From SAR324 cluster bacterium (GTDB lineage: Bacteria > SAR324 > NAC60-12): a stretch of 64,000 bases of DNA. The stretch lies in assembly GCA_015231825.1 (NCBI GenBank), contig JADGAV010000008.1, forward strand, positions 78,515 to 142,514, read 5' to 3'. Below the pieces are notes generated by a model that saw only the letters and a list, made by a program, of their open reading frames with translations, made no database searches and was not told where the DNA came from. Shown here piece by piece: positions 29,419 to 39,600 of the stretch (within the stretch, counting starts at the first letter, position 1; each line of letters opens with the position of its first letter). A program made the position numbers and the translations under genes.

Positions 29419-29856
29419 TCATTTTTGACTTAACAAAAAGTTCTGGGCAATTTCATCCATTTCGGTTCTTTCTGTTCGCTCCTGCTTTTCACGAGCACGT
29501 GTCAGTTCTTTTTCTTTGAGAATTTCAAGGGCTCTTCGATCCTGGGTTGCCTTGAGCAGATTTTTTTGATTGACTTCAAGCAGTTCGTTTTGCTCCACAA
29601 GCTGCTGTTCCAATACTTCGGTTTGCTGTGCAATTCTTTTTTTAAACTGATCATGAAACTGAAGATGCCCAATTGTAAATCCTCGATTTTTCATTTGATT
29701 CACTTCATGTCTGCTCTGCTGCAGTTCTGAATCACAGGCATCAATCCGGCTCTTAATTTCCTGTGCAATTTGAAGCTGTTCGGCAAATTCTTTTTGTTTG
29801 AGTTTTTCGATGCGCTCGCGAACATCCAGTGCGGTTTGTAAGCTAAATTTTGGCAT
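29419..29856 (-). CDS. fliJ: Flagellar export protein FliJ
   Basis: The 145-aa coiled-coil protein has a FliJ-like N-terminus (FSLQTALDVRE) and C-terminus (ERTEMDEIAQ). It is the first gene of the hook module. Confidence 0.7.
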   Translation of the reverse strand: MPKFSLQTALDVRERIEKLKQKEFAEQLQIAQEIKSRIDACDSELQQSRHEVNQMKNRGFTIGHLQFHDQFKKRIAQQTEVLEQQLVEQNELLEVNQKNLLKATQDRRALEILKEKELTRAREKQERTERTEMDEIAQNFLLSQK

Positions 29857-30107
29857 AGATCAGAAATCTTCAGCTTCTTTATGATTTGTCATGCAGGTCT
29901 TAGAAGGACAATGAGTGATATCCAAGTTGCATGCCTATCATCATTGAGGATGAAATAAATTGCAGTATCCACTTCTTGGGCTGGCAGCCCTCCGGGGAAA
30001 TTAGTCCAGTGAAAATGGGATATTTCGATGGAAAGTTTTTTGGGATTGAGCTATCAATACTTCTGTTGAAAAATCATTTCTTACTCACTCTTTTAACGAT
30101 TGGAATC

Positions 30108-30443
30108 ATGAATCTTGAAGAAAAAGTTATCAGCGGAGACACGTTGATTATCACTGTGGATGGTGACCTGGCTACCTATGCAGAAATAGACCAACTCCGT
30201 AAGGTGCTGACCTCACGTGGACAAAAAAACATGATCATCAATTTGAAGCTGGTCTCCCTGTTGAGTTCCCTCGCTATTGCAATGATGATTATGGGATTTA
30301 AGCAAAGTGATGCCCGGCAAGGAAAATTCATCCTTTGCCATGCACCGAATGATGTTTTGGAAAGTTTGAAAAATATGGGACTCTTCGAGGTTCTTACCTT
30401 TGCCGATACGGAAAAGGATGCCCTGGATCTTCTCGAAAATTAA
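30108..30443 (+). CDS. STAS-domain protein (anti-sigma-factor antagonist-like)
   Basis: The fold is SpoIIAA-like (LIITVDGDLATYAEIDQLRKVL...NMIINLKLVSLLSSLAIAMMI). I chose the internal ATG at 30108 because the 5' extension from 29931 looks non-coding. Confidence 0.65.
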   Translation: MNLEEKVISGDTLIITVDGDLATYAEIDQLRKVLTSRGQKNMIINLKLVSLLSSLAIAMMIMGFKQSDARQGKFILCHAPNDVLESLKNMGLFEVLTFADTEKDALDLLEN

Positions 30444-30493
30444 AATCAATTGATTCTAGAAAACTCTGCTTTTCGCACAAATAAGGAACTTCA

Positions 30494-31135
30494 ATGTCTA
30501 CAGAAAACGAAAAAGCTCGCATCTCCTGCAAACCGAATGGTCCCCTGCTCGTAAAATTTTTAGATTCCCTGCAAAATTCAAAAGGAGAAAATATCCCGAC
30601 AAAATCGGCATTTGCATTGTGTCGATGCGGTCATTCCGAAAACAAACCCTTTTGTGATGGAACACATAGAAAAATCGGTTTTAGCGGAGAAAAAACAAGC
30701 CAAGAAGCCAAGAGCAGCAAAAAATCTTATATGGGGAAACAATTGACACTCCATGACAACCGGAGTATATGCGCGCATGCCGGGATCTGCACCGATCAAC
30801 TGCCCTCTGTATTCCGCATGAAAGAAGAGCCGTGGATTGATCCAGATGGTGCGGAAGTCGAAAAAATTATTGAAATAGTCAACCAATGTCCATCGGGTGC
30901 ACTCCGTTGTACAATAGAAGATGCAGAACCCCAGGGTCCGGATCAAAACCCTGTGATTCAAATTTCCAAAAATGGACCTTATTTCGTCAAGGGCGGGGTG
31001 GAGCTTGAAGAGATTCCCGAAGCAGAATTCCCTTCAGGAGAACATTATGCTTTGTGCCGCTGCGGTCAATCCAAAAACAAACCCTTTTGTGATGGGACAC
31101 ACTGGAGCGCCGATTTTAAAGACGATGCAAATTGA
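30494..31135 (+). CDS. Iron-sulfur protein with two CDGSH zinc-finger-type [2Fe-2S] domains flanking a ferredoxin-like cysteine-rich module
   Basis: CDGSH motifs are CRCGHSENKPFCDGTH and CRCGQSKNKPFCDGTH. The middle region carries C..HAGIC...QCPSGALRC. Confidence 0.8.
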   Translation: MSTENEKARISCKPNGPLLVKFLDSLQNSKGENIPTKSAFALCRCGHSENKPFCDGTHRKIGFSGEKTSQEAKSSKKSYMGKQLTLHDNRSICAHAGICTDQLPSVFRMKEEPWIDPDGAEVEKIIEIVNQCPSGALRCTIEDAEPQGPDQNPVIQISKNGPYFVKGGVELEEIPEAEFPSGEHYALCRCGQSKNKPFCDGTHWSADFKDDAN

Positions 31136-31641
31136 ATGAATTAAAAACGGAGAAAATGATGCTGGAGAGACTAAAAAACCAAAGATTTGTTTTTTGCGGG
31201 TTGCTGATAATTTTTATATTCGGTTTGAGCTCCTGCGGGGGTGGTGGGAGCGAAGAAGACGATTCCTCAGACACTACCGCGACTGTTTCGTGTTCGGGAA
31301 ACGCTTCTCAATCTCCTGTCACAGTTACAGTGGGTTCTGCCTGTGAACAAACCAGTGCAGGAAATGGAAGCAACAGCGGATTCAACTTTTTTACATTTGA
31401 GGCAGGAACAGCCGGTGCCCATTCCATAAGTGTACAAAACGTCAGTCCTGCTTCCGCAAATCTTGACTGGCAATTGTATAGTGACTCTGGATTCAATAAC
31501 GCAATTACTACCTGCACCGGCAGCATCACGGGTAACGAGACCTGCACCGCAACTTTATCGCCATCGACTTCCTACTATTTAATTGTGCAGAATCAAGATG
31601 AAGCTGAAGTCTCCTATTCCCTCCTGATCACGGTACTCTGA
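31132..31641 (+). CDS. Secreted lipoprotein with a PPC-like (pre-peptidase C-terminal) beta domain
   Basis: A lipobox (IFGLSSCGGGG) and an S/T-rich linker precede a C-terminal pattern that resembles PPC domains (FFTFEAGTAGAHSISV...YYLIVQNQD..VSYSLLITV). Confidence 0.5.
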   Translation: MNELKTEKMMLERLKNQRFVFCGLLIIFIFGLSSCGGGGSEEDDSSDTTATVSCSGNASQSPVTVTVGSACEQTSAGNGSNSGFNFFTFEAGTAGAHSISVQNVSPASANLDWQLYSDSGFNNAITTCTGSITGNETCTATLSPSTSYYLIVQNQDEAEVSYSLLITVL

Positions 31642-31661
31642 CGCTCAATTTCTGCTTTCAA

Positions 31662-32105
31662 ATGGCTCGCCTTCCAGGAAAAACTTCGTTTTGGAAAACA
31701 AAAGCACTGGCTGAAATGGATCACGAAGAATGGGAATCGCTTTGTGACGGGTGCGGCCGTTGTTGTGTGCATAAACTGGAAGATGAGACCTCGGGAGAAG
31801 TGCACTATACAAAAATTGCCTGTCGTTTACTGGACATCACTCGTTGCCGTTGCCAGTCTTACCAGTCCCGATATGATTTGGTTCCCACCTGTACGGTAGT
31901 CACTCTGGAAAATATTGAGAAATTTCAATGGCTGCCAGTAACCTGTGCCTATCGTCTTCTGGCCGAAGGAAAAGATTTGGAATGGTGGCACCCTTTGGTC
32001 TCCGGAGATCCGAAAAGTATTCACCATACTGGGATTTCCGTGCAGGATAAAGTGATTCCCGAGCAAAATGTTGATCCAGAAAATTGGGAAGATTATCTTA
32101 TCTGA
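31662..32105 (+). CDS. YcgN-family (UPF0260) cysteine-cluster protein
   Basis: The match to the YcgN consensus is strong (FWKTKALAEMDHEEWESLCDGCGRCC...CRLLD...C.C...WLPVTCAYRLLAEGKDLEWWHPLVSG). Confidence 0.85.
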   Translation: MARLPGKTSFWKTKALAEMDHEEWESLCDGCGRCCVHKLEDETSGEVHYTKIACRLLDITRCRCQSYQSRYDLVPTCTVVTLENIEKFQWLPVTCAYRLLAEGKDLEWWHPLVSGDPKSIHHTGISVQDKVIPEQNVDPENWEDYLI

Positions 32106-32153
32106 CGCAGATCTGATCGTTTCAAGTTCAATGAAAGATAAGGAATTGCAAAG

Positions 32154-33320
32154 ATGTTTTCATCTGAGAAAATAGCGTATTTTGACTACAACGCTACTGC
32201 AGCGCTACTGCCAGGGCTCTCAGAGAGGATGATTAAAGCCTCTCAAAAACATTTTGGGAATCCTTCCAGTCCCCACAGAATCGGAAGAAATGCCAAAGAT
32301 ATTCTCGAAGAATCTCGCATACGAATAGCCCGGTCCATCGGAATCCAGGCTCAGGAACTGATATTTACCAGTGGAGGCAGTGAAGGAAACAACGCGGTTC
32401 TCAGGCAGCTCCTGTTCCGATCAGGACCGCAGCATATCATTACTTCTCAGATTGAGCATCCATCAGTATTGGAAACCTGTCGAATTTTGGAACAATGTTC
32501 CCCGATCAATATCAGCTATTTGCCCGTGGATCGATCAGGAAGAGTGAGACCGGAAAGTTTGTCTGCTGCTATCCGCCCGGAAACGAGTTTGATTTCCATC
32601 ATGATGGCAAACAATGAAACAGGCGTTATTCAACCGATTGAAAGTCTGGCTTCCATTGCAGACGAACACAAGATCCCCCTGCATGTCGATTGTGTCCAGG
32701 GATTGGGAAAGATTCCCATGCACTGGATGAAATGGAACGTGAGTTATGCCACGGTGAGTGCCCACAAATTCGGAGGACCACGAGGAATCGGACTGCTTTT
32801 TCTCAAAGAAGGAGTCCCTTTTAACGAATTGATCTCTGGAGGGAAACAAGAACGGATTCGCCGTGCAGGAACTGAAAATGTCATGCTCGCGTGCGGGTTT
32901 GCCGAGGCGCTTGACTGGATCAATATTAATCAAGAATCCACATCTTCTCGCCTCCTTTCTTTTAAAAACAGAATCATCGAGGAACTCAAGTCAATTGACG
33001 GATTTTTTCTCATCGGGGAACATGCTCCCTGTCTTCCGAATACAATCAATTTTGGCCTTTCGGGAATAAGCGCAGAAAGCCTGCTGATTCGACTCGACCT
33101 CGATCATGTCGCGGTCTCGACAGGTTCCGCCTGCTCCTCCGGAGCCCTGGAAGCCAGTCACGTATTGTTGGCAATGGGCTTGGAAAAATCAAAAGCGAAA
33201 TCCTGTCTGAGACTCAGTATGGGGTGGAATACGAACGAAGAAGAAGTCGAGTATCTGATCGACCGAATTCATCTGCATGCACAAAAACTTTATGAGAAAC
33301 AGAGATGCGGAAACAAATAA
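32154..33320 (+). CDS. Cysteine desulfurase (NifS/IscS class, PLP-dependent)
   Basis: The 388-aa product has N-terminal FDYNATA, the PLP-lysine region SAHKFGGPRGIG, and the catalytic Cys loop SACSSG. Confidence 0.9.
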   Translation: MFSSEKIAYFDYNATAALLPGLSERMIKASQKHFGNPSSPHRIGRNAKDILEESRIRIARSIGIQAQELIFTSGGSEGNNAVLRQLLFRSGPQHIITSQIEHPSVLETCRILEQCSPINISYLPVDRSGRVRPESLSAAIRPETSLISIMMANNETGVIQPIESLASIADEHKIPLHVDCVQGLGKIPMHWMKWNVSYATVSAHKFGGPRGIGLLFLKEGVPFNELISGGKQERIRRAGTENVMLACGFAEALDWININQESTSSRLLSFKNRIIEELKSIDGFFLIGEHAPCLPNTINFGLSGISAESLLIRLDLDHVAVSTGSACSSGALEASHVLLAMGLEKSKAKSCLRLSMGWNTNEEEVEYLIDRIHLHAQKLYEKQRCGNK

Positions 33321-33556
33321 GGCCAACAGCAGCACTCGTTTTTTGTGGATTACAGCTCATTTTGGGAGGATGTTCATCCAACACTGAATCTATGTTTTTT
33401 AACTGCAAACTCGAAATTGATGAAAATCGCCAAAAAGTGAGAAAAATGGGACACTACAGCTACAGCTACGACAGCTACAGTAATTGTATGAGACCATTCT
33501 ACCTGATGCGTGATTTGGAGGAATGGAAACCTTCAGAAACGCCGGCTAACCCATAG
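33305..33556 (+). CDS. Small putative lipoprotein with a YSYSYDSYS low-complexity tract
   Basis: It has a signal peptide plus LGGC lipobox. It overlaps the 3' end of the desulfurase gene by 16 nt. The product is 83 aa, and coding status is uncertain. Confidence 0.3.
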   Translation: MRKQIRPTAALVFCGLQLILGGCSSNTESMFFNCKLEIDENRQKVRKMGHYSYSYDSYSNCMRPFYLMRDLEEWKPSETPANP

Positions 33557-33739
33557 ACTGCAGTCAATCACTTTTAATTTCCAGTGCTCTTCTGAAAAAA
33601 ATTCACTCCAAAATACCTTTCTCACCAATTTGGTGAGTAATCAGTGGAAAAGGCACTGAGAAAATGCTAAGCAAGAGGAAATTCAAAGATCTTTCTCATT
33701 TCTTCAAAACGAACCTTCTAAAAGATCAAAGGAGAGTCA

Positions 33740-34081
33740 ATGTCGCTAGTCCAATCCCGCCTTGAAAATAATATTTGTCTGATTAACCTTGAAGGAGAGG
33801 TAAATCAGAAGTCCATTGAACAGATCATCGCCATTGCCGATGAAATGAGAAAAGAAATCGAGTTACGTGGAGTGATTATCAATTTCAAAGAAATGAACTA
33901 TATTGATTCTATTGGAATCGGGATGCTCATGCAACTATTTAAGGATTTTCAGTCCTGGCAAGTCAAACTGGCATTTTGTCATTTAAGTGATAGTCTCTGC
34001 GAATACTTCAGCATGAGTTTTATTGATACAGTAATCAGCATTCATTCGACTGAGGAAGAAGCGCTTGCGAGTTTCGCTTGA
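33740..34081 (+). CDS. STAS-domain anti-sigma-factor antagonist-like protein
   Basis: The 113-aa product has a SpoIIAA-like pattern (ICLINLEGEV......INFKEMNYIDSIGIGMLM). Confidence 0.8.
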   Translation: MSLVQSRLENNICLINLEGEVNQKSIEQIIAIADEMRKEIELRGVIINFKEMNYIDSIGIGMLMQLFKDFQSWQVKLAFCHLSDSLCEYFSMSFIDTVISIHSTEEEALASFA

Positions 34082-34132
34082 TTAAAAAAGTCTCATTTAA
34101 CTTATTATTCTTCAGGAAAAATTAAAAAAATT

Positions 34133-34513
34133 ATGCCTGCAAATAAAGCCATGAAGATTCTTGTCGTAGATGATCAAGAGACGATGAGGGTTTCAATAAA
34201 AAGCATACTGAGAGCACTGGAATTCAAAAACATTGATTACGCGGAAAACGGCGAAGAAGCCTATCAAATGCTGACGAAGGGTGAGTTTGATTTTTTAATC
34301 ACAGATTGGATGATGCCTAAAATGACAGGGATGGAGTTGTTGAAAAAAATTCGAAGTGATGCAAAACTCAGTAAACTTCCGGTATTGATGCTCACGGCAG
34401 AAGGAAAACAGGACAACATAATGGAAGCCATCAAAGCAAAAGTCAGCAACTATGTCGTGAAACCGTTTGACGCCAAAACTCTCGACAACAAAATAAATCA
34501 AATATTCCGATAA
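34133..34513 (+). CDS. Single-domain response regulator (CheY-like receiver)
   Basis: Receiver signatures are KILVVDD, the phospho-acceptor in LITDWMMP, and the conserved T and K in LMLTAEG...VVKPF. Confidence 0.9.
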   Translation: MPANKAMKILVVDDQETMRVSIKSILRALEFKNIDYAENGEEAYQMLTKGEFDFLITDWMMPKMTGMELLKKIRSDAKLSKLPVLMLTAEGKQDNIMEAIKAKVSNYVVKPFDAKTLDNKINQIFR

Positions 34514-34522
34514 TTCCGCCAT

Positions 34523-35059
34523 TTAAATTTCCCAACTTCCCTCCAATATAGGTGGTAGAATCGGTTTTAAAATCCGATAGCTCACTCCCCATAAACGGTA
34601 GCGCCCGATGCGGTAGTAGGGTGCCGGTTCAGCTTTGGACCAACCAGGGAGCTGCTCCATAAATTCTCCATAGGACTCTGGTTTTGCAAGATCATGGAGA
34701 TTGACTTCCAACACTTCAGCAATCTCTCGTTCTTCCGGTTGCCATGCCTTCGGCACCACAATACGGGCGAGGAAGGGAAACACTCGAAATCCCGTGCTCC
34801 GTGTTTCAAGTACAGGAAGCTCCTCAAGAATCGTGATGTTCTCCCGCGGGAGCCCAATTTCCTCCCGACACTCACGTAAGGCCGTCTCCAATTTTGAAGC
34901 ATCACCCCGGTCGCTTTTTCCTCCAGGGAATCCCAGTTGATCTCCATGAACTCCCCCCTTGCTTCGTCGGATCACCACCAGGATCAAATCTCCATCCATG
35001 TTCCGAAAGACAGGGACCAGTACGGCAGCTTCTTTGAATGTTCTGACGGTCCCGTCCAC
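34523..35059 (-). CDS. NUDIX hydrolase, possibly a CoA pyrophosphatase
   Basis: The NUDIX box reads GFPGGKSDRGDASKLETALRECREEIGL. Confidence 0.85.
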   Translation of the reverse strand: MDGTVRTFKEAAVLVPVFRNMDGDLILVVIRRSKGGVHGDQLGFPGGKSDRGDASKLETALRECREEIGLPRENITILEELPVLETRSTGFRVFPFLARIVVPKAWQPEEREIAEVLEVNLHDLAKPESYGEFMEQLPGWSKAEPAPYYRIGRYRLWGVSYRILKPILPPILEGSWEI

Positions 35060-35090
35060 AAAAATCTCCGAAGAATACTTTTTTTATTGA

Positions 35091-36293
35091 TCAAAGAACT
35101 GGCACAGACGCTCTCACGAGCTGCAGCTGTTGATTGCTTTCCACGGTATAGGGTTGATTCGCACCAATGAAAAGAACCGTCCCTTTGCATAATTCAAATC
35201 CAGCCATCTCTGATTCGAGCTGTCCCCTACCCGAAAGGGTCAAAAGAATTGAAGGACTTTTTGTTTTCTGCTGTCTGAATAATTTGTGATGCGGAAGTTC
35301 GATTGTTTCCAGTATAAATTCCTCGGCATCACAGGGGTATTTTGTAATGCAATTGGAGTGAGAAATTCCTGCACACAGCCGAGCCGGTTCCCCACGATAA
35401 TTGAGCCTGGAAAGCATTTGCTCAACATCTTTGAATTTGTTGGTGATTCCTGCCCGAATGACATTGTCAGAATTCGCCATACATTCAACCAAATCCCCTG
35501 ACAAATAGGCATGCAGGCGATTGGCTTTCAGAAACAAAGATGTTTGCGGGGCAATGGGCATTTTCTGCATAAAAAATAAAAACAGCAATCCTAAATCCCG
35601 ACGATATTGCGGAAACAGAGAAAGAAACAATTCTTCTTTTTCAGTGCGATTTACTTCTTTTTGAACCTGCTGAAAAAGGCGTTGCAAGAGCATTTCCCCT
35701 CTTTTCTCCGGAAGATTCAGAAGCACCGGAAACAAATCTTCCAGATGCGGATGCCTTTTTTTTCCTTCAGAGGAGTTCAAAACTTCTTCTCCGCAAAATT
35801 CCTGGAGTATCGGGTACCGTTTGAGCACTTGAATGACCTTTTGTTCGTTTTCAAAACCAAATAACGTTTCGACACCAGAAATTGCCAGGGCAATTTCAGG
35901 TTTGTGATTGGGGTCAGGATAGTGCTGAGGATCATCTGAGTGCAGACTCTCAGCCCAGGATTTATCGGGGTGCATCTGAATTGAAAGCGGTTCTGCAATG
36001 GAGAGGACCTTAAACAGAAAGGGGAGGGTACCCCAGCGTTTCATTGTGTGAGCTCCCAGCAGCTTCCTATTTTTCGTGAGCACTTCAGAAAGCAGTTCAC
36101 CATTTCCAAATTTAACCCTGGAGGGCGCATTGGGATGAATACCCATCCATAACTCTGCATAAGGTAAAGAATGGTCAATTGATTGTCCAGGCAGCAATTG
36201 CGCCACAAGAGAACGGCTTCCCGGTTTCCCCCAATCGTAATTCATTGCTTGACAGTCTAGCTCAAAGATCCGGGGAGTTGCCATAGGAATCAT
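35091..36293 (-). CDS. manA: Mannose-6-phosphate isomerase, class I
   Basis: The 400-aa product has PMI type I motifs (YAELWMGIHP; QMHPDK). Confidence 0.75.
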   Translation of the reverse strand: MIPMATPRIFELDCQAMNYDWGKPGSRSLVAQLLPGQSIDHSLPYAELWMGIHPNAPSRVKFGNGELLSEVLTKNRKLLGAHTMKRWGTLPFLFKVLSIAEPLSIQMHPDKSWAESLHSDDPQHYPDPNHKPEIALAISGVETLFGFENEQKVIQVLKRYPILQEFCGEEVLNSSEGKKRHPHLEDLFPVLLNLPEKRGEMLLQRLFQQVQKEVNRTEKEELFLSLFPQYRRDLGLLFLFFMQKMPIAPQTSLFLKANRLHAYLSGDLVECMANSDNVIRAGITNKFKDVEQMLSRLNYRGEPARLCAGISHSNCITKYPCDAEEFILETIELPHHKLFRQQKTKSPSILLTLSGRGQLESEMAGFELCKGTVLFIGANQPYTVESNQQLQLVRASVPVL

Positions 36294-36642
36294 TTTTGAG
36301 GAGTTTCTCCAAGTCGATGGGAATCAGGGAGCAGAATGCGATTTTCCCAACTTCTGTCTGAGGAACAGAAACCTGCCCTGAGGCAAATTTTTAATCGGGA
36401 TGATGCTTGAGCTTCGAAAAAAATGCAATAGAAAAGCTTTTCTCGATTTTAAATATTTGAAGATTCTTTGAATAATTGAATTCTTCAAAATTTCCAGTAT
36501 GATTGAGTCGACAGTACCCAATCGACCGGCCTGAACTTTTCCGTGCAAAGAGCAATTTCACAAAAATGCATGCGCTTTTTTTCGAGTTCAAAGGGCTCCT
36601 TTTCCTCAATCAAACGCCTGTTTCAAAAGGGAAATAATAGAA

Positions 36643-39600
36643 ATGTGGACGCACTCATCACTAATCGGGCAGCTGCTCGTCAAGCGGTATGAGATCCGGA
36701 AACTGTTAGGTGAAGGGGGAATGGGGCAGGTCTTCCTTGTCTGGGATCGTCAGACACGTGAAGAAAAGGCCGTCAAACTGGTGGATGTCCGGAAAAAAAG
36801 AATTCCGATGGAGGCCATCCTGCGCTTCAAAACTGAAGCAGAAACGCTGAAATCTCTACGCCATCCCAATATAATTAAATATGAAGACTTTTTTGAGACG
36901 GATGAAATTTATGGCATGGTCATGGAATATGAGCCCTCTTCCTCTTTGACGCAGTATCTGCAAAAGTTCAGGACCATGCCCATCCGCACCGTGCTCACTC
37001 TTTTTCACCAATTGGCAGATGCCTTGGCATTTATTCATGAAAAGGGATTGGTGCATCATGATTTAAAAAGCTCAAATATAATTCTATCTGAAGAAGACGG
37101 GACTCAAACGTTCAAATTGCTGGATTTCGGATTTGCCAAATTGTTGGGAAGCTCAGAACACATGACAGAAGGAACATTGATATACATGGCTCCTGAGCAA
37201 ACCGGAATTTTGCAGAAAAATATTGACCATCGCGCAGACCTTTATTCTCTGGGAATTGTTGTCTACCAGGCGCTGACCGGGCAGGTGCCTTTCACCAGTT
37301 CAGATCCTGCAATTTTAGTCCATCAGCACATCGCCCAGACCCCGGAGAAACCTACAAAACTGAGAGAAGAGACTCCTAAAATTCTAGAAGAGCTGGTGCT
37401 CAAATTACTCAACAAAGATCCTGATGACCGCTATCGAACCAGCAATGGATTGTTGAAAGATCTGTTTCAGTATCAAAGGATTGTCGACAGTTACGCTACC
37501 CTTGATGCTTCCTTTGATTTGGGAGAACAGGACCATAGAGACAGTTTTCCCCAGGTCAACCCCTTTGTTGGACGAGAGGAAGTTCTGCAAAATCTTGAAA
37601 ACATCATCAATTCCACTGTGCATTTGAAGAAAGGAGGAGTTGTTTTTCTTGAAGGAATCAAAGGAATAGGAAGAACCACCGTGCTGTCGAACTTCTTCAA
37701 CAGGCTCCAATGCAGGCCGGTCGGCCGCTCAATTTTTCTCTCCATCCGCAAGGAAGATTTTAAACTTCCTTATCAACTGGTCATACGCCTGCTGAATTTT
37801 GTCATTTTCCATTTGAAAAGCCTTCCTGAATCAGAACAGCACTCATTTTTACTCAAGGTGAAGACTGTGTTCAGCTATCGCTTCGACCTTCTTCTTGAAT
37901 TGGTCCCTCAATTGAGACCATGGTATGATCAGGAACACAAAATTGAATTAGCTAAAGGAAAAAACTGGAGCAGCGAAGACTACGAATGGTTGATTGTAGA
38001 TCTCCTCCGGGCAATCTCTGAAACGATGCAGCACGCAATCATCCTCATTGATGATTTACATTATGTCGAACCTAAATCGGCACAATGCCTGATCAATTGT
38101 TTTGAACGGCTGGCAGAAATTCCGGTTTTGCTCATTTTCTCCTACACACACGAAGAACTTCCACGCAAGTATCTGAAATGGATCGAGCATTATGAAAAGG
38201 AACCATTTTTCCACAATTTGCATTTGGGGCCTTTCCAGGAAAAACACTATTTTGATTTGCTTCAAAAATTATTTTCCAAGCAGCTTTATGATGCTCCAAA
38301 ACTTGTTGTGCCTCTCTATCAGGCGACACAGGGCAATCCAGCGTTCCTGAGAAAACTGCTTCAGGATTTGGTTGATTCCAAACTGATTTTTTTCGAAAAA
38401 CAGTCATGGAACACAGATTTGGAGGCTTCCTTAAAATTTATCGAAAACTACAATACTCAACTCATTTTTGATCCTCTTCGTCAGTGGGAGCCTGACGATC
38501 GCGCAATACTGCAGAGGGGTGCCGTCTTTCACAAAGCGTTTACCATGGAAGCACTGATCTCTGTTTCTTCCTCGCCTCCTGCACTTGAGCATGTAACTGA
38601 ATCCAGGGCCATCAAATTACTCGACAACGCATTGCGAACCGGAGTTCTGTTTTTGGAAGCCGGGAGGTACTATGCTTTCAGAGACAACCAGGTTCGCCAA
38701 AATTTACTGGAAACACTTTCACTGGACTTGCGCAGGAATATTCACCGGGGAATTGCGCAGCATTTAGAAGAATATGCTCTCCCCATTGATCCTGCCTCCA
38801 TTTACAATATTGCCTACCATTGGGAAAAAGCCGGAGACACCGTGACGGCGATTCGCTACAATCTCAAAGCAGCACGGCACACAGATGACGGCCTTTTTCA
38901 CGATCGAAATGCTGAAATTTATTATAATTTAGCCTTAAACGGATTGAAGCAAATCCCTCAGGATGCCATTGAACCGGAACTTCAGTTTGAAATACGCTAC
39001 AATGCCATCCGCCATACTCTGGCCCAAAGCCAGCAATTTGACCGACTCTGGGAAGAGACTTTAGAGTTAGAAATCTGGGTTGGGGATGACAGCATCAAGC
39101 GAATCAAATTGTTGTATATAAAGGCCTTTTTGAGTTTTATGAGAGGACGCAAGGATAAAATGTTTCAATATGGCCATGAAGCATTGGACTTGTCGGTGAC
39201 TGAAGAAGAAAAAAAACAAGTTGTCGGGATCTACAACATCCTGGGAAGAGTGGCGAGCGAGAAAACATTTTCAGAACGAATCGAATTGCTCTGCAAGGGA
39301 ATTGAGATGGCTTTTCAATATCAGCAATTCTCGGAAGCGCCAGGATCGGTGGTGATCCTTAGCATTCTGCTGGCTTATCAGGCACGTTTCAAAGAAGCGC
39401 ATCAGAAAATCGGGCAGTACACAAAAATCCTGGATGATCACCAGTTTCCAGGAGACGAATTGAGAATTTCTGCCTTAATTTGTTTGGAAACGGAACGCGG
39501 AAATTTTAACGAAGTGCTCGCTCTGCACAAAAAGATGAATTATGAAAATCGTTTTGTCAATCCCTTAATCCAGCTTTTTTATCAAGGGCGTGTCGCCCTC

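Noticed and set aside
29857-29930. A possible sigma-54 or sigma-28 promoter upstream of fliJ.
   Set aside because: A GG...TTG candidate has 10-nt spacing instead of 8, and no CGATAA-type -10 element is present. No promoter is called.
29931-30107. A 59-codon 5' extension of the first STAS ORF.
   Set aside because: The extension encodes a hydrophobic, non-conserved peptide in the fliJ divergent promoter. The internal ATG at 30108 gives a canonical-length STAS protein.
33461-33485. A CTACAG tandem repeat, considered as a possible CRISPR or satellite-like repeat.
   Set aside because: It is only about 25 bp of imperfect hexamer repeats inside an ORF (YSYSYDSYS), with no spacer-repeat periodicity. 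It is a low-complexity coding or slippage tract, not a CRISPR. I found no CRISPR array anywhere in the window.
36324-36609. Two overlapping minus-strand ORFs (72-74 aa) upstream of the giant kinase gene.
   Set aside because: They lie in a 350-bp AT-rich promoter region, overlap each other in different frames and have no motifs. The region is more likely regulatory DNA. It contains an imperfect inverted repeat, TTTGAAGATTC...GAATTCTTCAAA.
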